Below, piece by piece: positions 62,194-64,000 of a stretch of DNA of 64,000 nucleotides. Every line of letters begins with the position of its first letter. Positions within the stretch are counted from its first letter, which is position 1. The DNA comes from Bacteroidales bacterium (GTDB lineage Bacteria > Bacteroidota > Bacteroidia > Bacteroidales > JAADJA01), in contig JADHVR010000002.1 of assembly GCA_016783885.1 (NCBI GenBank), forward strand, positions 3,628 through 67,627. Direction: 5' to 3'. The notes beneath the pieces are model-generated. The model saw only the letters and a program-made list of their open reading frames with translations, ran no database searches and was not told the DNA's origin. A program made the translations under genes and the position numbers.

Positions 62194-64000
62194 TTAACAT
62201 CCAAGAAAATCTTCCCAACTTATCCAACCTTTGTTTTTAAATTTCCTTTCGGGGTTACAAGTCAGTCCCAGATCCTCAAGGTAACGTTTATGTAAATGGT
62301 ATTCTTTTCGAGATTTGATTTTTAATTTATGAGCAGCATTTTTTGCTTCTTCGTATGTAGAATATTTATTTGGGGCTTCAATCCCAAAGAAATCATAAAA
62401 ATCTATCCAACCTTTATTTTCGTATTTCATTGCAGGTGTACTTGGTAAGCGTGGATCTTTTTTATATAACTTTTTATATTTTACCCCTGATTTTATCCCT
62501 AATTTTTGAACCGCTTGCTTTGCCTCTTCATAAGTTGGATAAATATCAACAGGTACTGTACCTAAAAAATAGTACCAATCCTTCCAGCCTTTTGATTTAT
62601 ATAATTTATCAGGAGAACTCGGTAACTTAGGGTCTTTTTTATACTTCTTCTTATCATGATAATGATGTCTGTTTTTTATACCTAAGCTCTGTGCTGCTTT
62701 TTGTGCTTCTTGATAAGTTGTATAATACTCAGGTTTTTTTACATTACAAAGGTCATAAAATGTTTTCCAGCCCTTATTTCTATAACTCTCACTTGGCGAA
62801 CTTGGCAACCTTGGGTCTTCGCTTCGACGACTTTTATATTCTTTCATTGATTGAATGTTCAACCTTTGTACAGCCATTTTTGCTTCCTGATAAGTTGTAT
62901 AAATATTTGGAGCTTTTGTTCCTAAGAAATTATACCAATTTGTCCATCCTTTATTTCTAAAAGTTTTCTCTGGATTACTTGGTAGTAAAGTATCTTCTTT
63001 GTATCGTTTGTATTTAAGATAATCAGTTCTTGTTTTAATTTCCAATCCTTGAACAGCTTCTCTCGCTTCTTCATAGCTTAGGTAATAGATTATAATAAAC
63101 TCATCCCATTTTGTCCATCCTTTATTTTTATAATATTTATCAGGCTGACTTGGTAACTTAGGATCTGCTCTATAACGCTTTTGTTCAATATATTCTTTTC
63201 TTGATTTTATACCTGTTTCTTGGACAGCTTTCTTTGCTTCTTCATAGGTTTCATAAAATATTAGGGGAGGTACTTCTAAAAAATTATAATAGTCTATCCA
63301 ACCGATGCCCTTATATACATTTTCAGGTCTACTTGGTAGCTTTGGATCATCCTTATATTTTTCGAGATATTCTTTTCTTGTATTAACAGATAATAATCTT
63401 GTGGCTTTTTTCGCTTTATCATATGTTAAATATGCATCCGGCCTATTTTTATTGAAAAAATCATAATTATCAATCCAACCTTTATTATTATAATATCGTG
63501 CAGGAGTAGATGGAAGCCTAACGTCCTCTTTACGCCCTAAACGATATTCTTTTTCAGATGTTATATTTAGTTTCAAAACGGCTTGTTTTGCTTCATCATA
63601 AGTGGGATAAATGATAATTTTATTTATTCCCAGAAATTCAAAAAAATTAACCCAACCTTTATTTTTGTATGTTTCTTGAGGATTGTAAGGAAGCCTCGGA
63701 TCTTCATTATGACGCTTTTTATAAGATTTATAAGATTTTATGCTTAATGTTCGCACAGCATTTTTAGCTTCCTCATACGTTGGGTAATTTGAAATGTCTT
63801 TTGTTCCAAAATAGTCATTCCAGTCTATCCAACCATTATTTTTATAGGTTCTGTCAGGTTGACTTGGCAATTTCGGATTTTCTTTATAATGTTGCTTATA
63901 TTCTATAAGAGATTTAATACCAAGTTTTTGCGTTGCATTTTTAGCTTCGTTATATGTTGGGTAAAAATTTGGCATTTCAGTTCCAAGAAAATTATACCAA
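62194..64000 (-). CDS. Tandem-repeat protein built from at least 10 copies of a ~59-aa 'integrase-repeat'-like unit (5' end outside the window)
   Basis: Each unit reads Y-x-T-Y-E-E-A-K-x-A-V-x-x-L-x-I-K-S-x-x-x-Y...DP(R/K)LPS-x-P...Y-K-N-K-G-W-x-x-(W/F)-x-x-F-L-G. The frame stays open past the annotated Met to the window edge (...WYNFLGTE-MPNFYPTY). That Met sits in a normal inter-repeat linker, so the gene continues beyond 64000. Lys/Arg/Tyr-rich, no signal peptide. Confidence 0.8.
   Translation of the reverse strand, partial: WYNFLGTEMPNFYPTYNEAKNATQKLGIKSLIEYKQHYKENPKLPSQPDRTYKNNGWIDWNDYFGTKDISNYPTYEEAKNAVRTLSIKSYKSYKKRHNEDPRLPYNPQETYKNKGWVNFFEFLGINKIIIYPTYDEAKQAVLKLNITSEKEYRLGRKEDVRLPSTPARYYNNKGWIDNYDFFNKNRPDAYLTYDKAKKATRLLSVNTRKEYLEKYKDDPKLPSRPENVYKGIGWIDYYNFLEVPPLIFYETYEEAKKAVQETGIKSRKEYIEQKRYRADPKLPSQPDKYYKNKGWTKWDEFIIIYYLSYEEAREAVQGLEIKTRTDYLKYKRYKEDTLLPSNPEKTFRNKGWTNWYNFLGTKAPNIYTTYQEAKMAVQRLNIQSMKEYKSRRSEDPRLPSSPSESYRNKGWKTFYDLCNVKKPEYYTTYQEAQKAAQSLGIKNRHHYHDKKKYKKDPKLPSSPDKLYKSKGWKDWYYFLGTVPVDIYPTYEEAKQAVQKLGIKSGVKYKKLYKKDPRLPSTPAMKYENKGWIDFYDFFGIEAPNKYSTYEEAKNAAHKLKIKSRKEYHLHKRYLEDLGLTCNPERKFKNKGWISWEDFLGC

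Overview
AT-rich, Bacteroidota-type chromosomal segment. Supporting signs are T9SS-type C-terminal sorting domains, a PorV/PorQ-like barrel, signal peptides that mostly cleave before Gln, propeller/Y_Y_Y and TPR-array sensor kinases, and a long-form PurF. I saw no rRNA, tRNA, CRISPR array, transposase, integrase catalytic domain or reverse transcriptase. The window splits into four parts. (1) 1-22.1 kb is accessory. A TPR hybrid kinase/AraC regulator precedes a tightly packed 8-gene plus-strand operon (3862-18644). The operon encodes six paralogous fibre-like secreted proteins, a C10 cysteine peptidase and a BNR/Asp-box propeller protein. The six paralogs share a near-identical ~134-aa N-terminal module but carry four different C-terminal tip modules. 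(2) Four otherwise unrelated secreted proteins share a ~230-aa C-terminal module (LEG-x-Y ... DWVLIELRD ... WHRNHL ... dockerin-like loops ... VPE/VPD-stop). They are a window-edge fragment, a 298-aa protein, a GH57-like enzyme with tandem CBM25-like modules, and a papain-like C1 peptidase. Nucleotide conservation continues across each stop codon into a modular family of intergenic hairpin repeats. (3) 35-42 kb and 57-61.6 kb are housekeeping: pheS, cyclophilin, tdk, M28 peptidase, rsmI, greA, HIT, purF and a C69 dipeptidase. (4) 42.7-56.9 kb holds a propeller-sensor LytS-type kinase and a LytTR regulator. These are followed by phased direct repeats and a 4-gene operon: small TM protein, 1234-aa TonB-dependent-receptor-like barrel, 1478-aa T9SS-tagged protein, PorV/PorQ-like barrel. 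The right edge has hicB with a decayed hicA, two related perfect palindromes, and a gene made of at least 10 tandem ~59-aa 'integrase-repeat'-like units that runs off the window. All functional calls come from motif recognition by eye; no database search was run.
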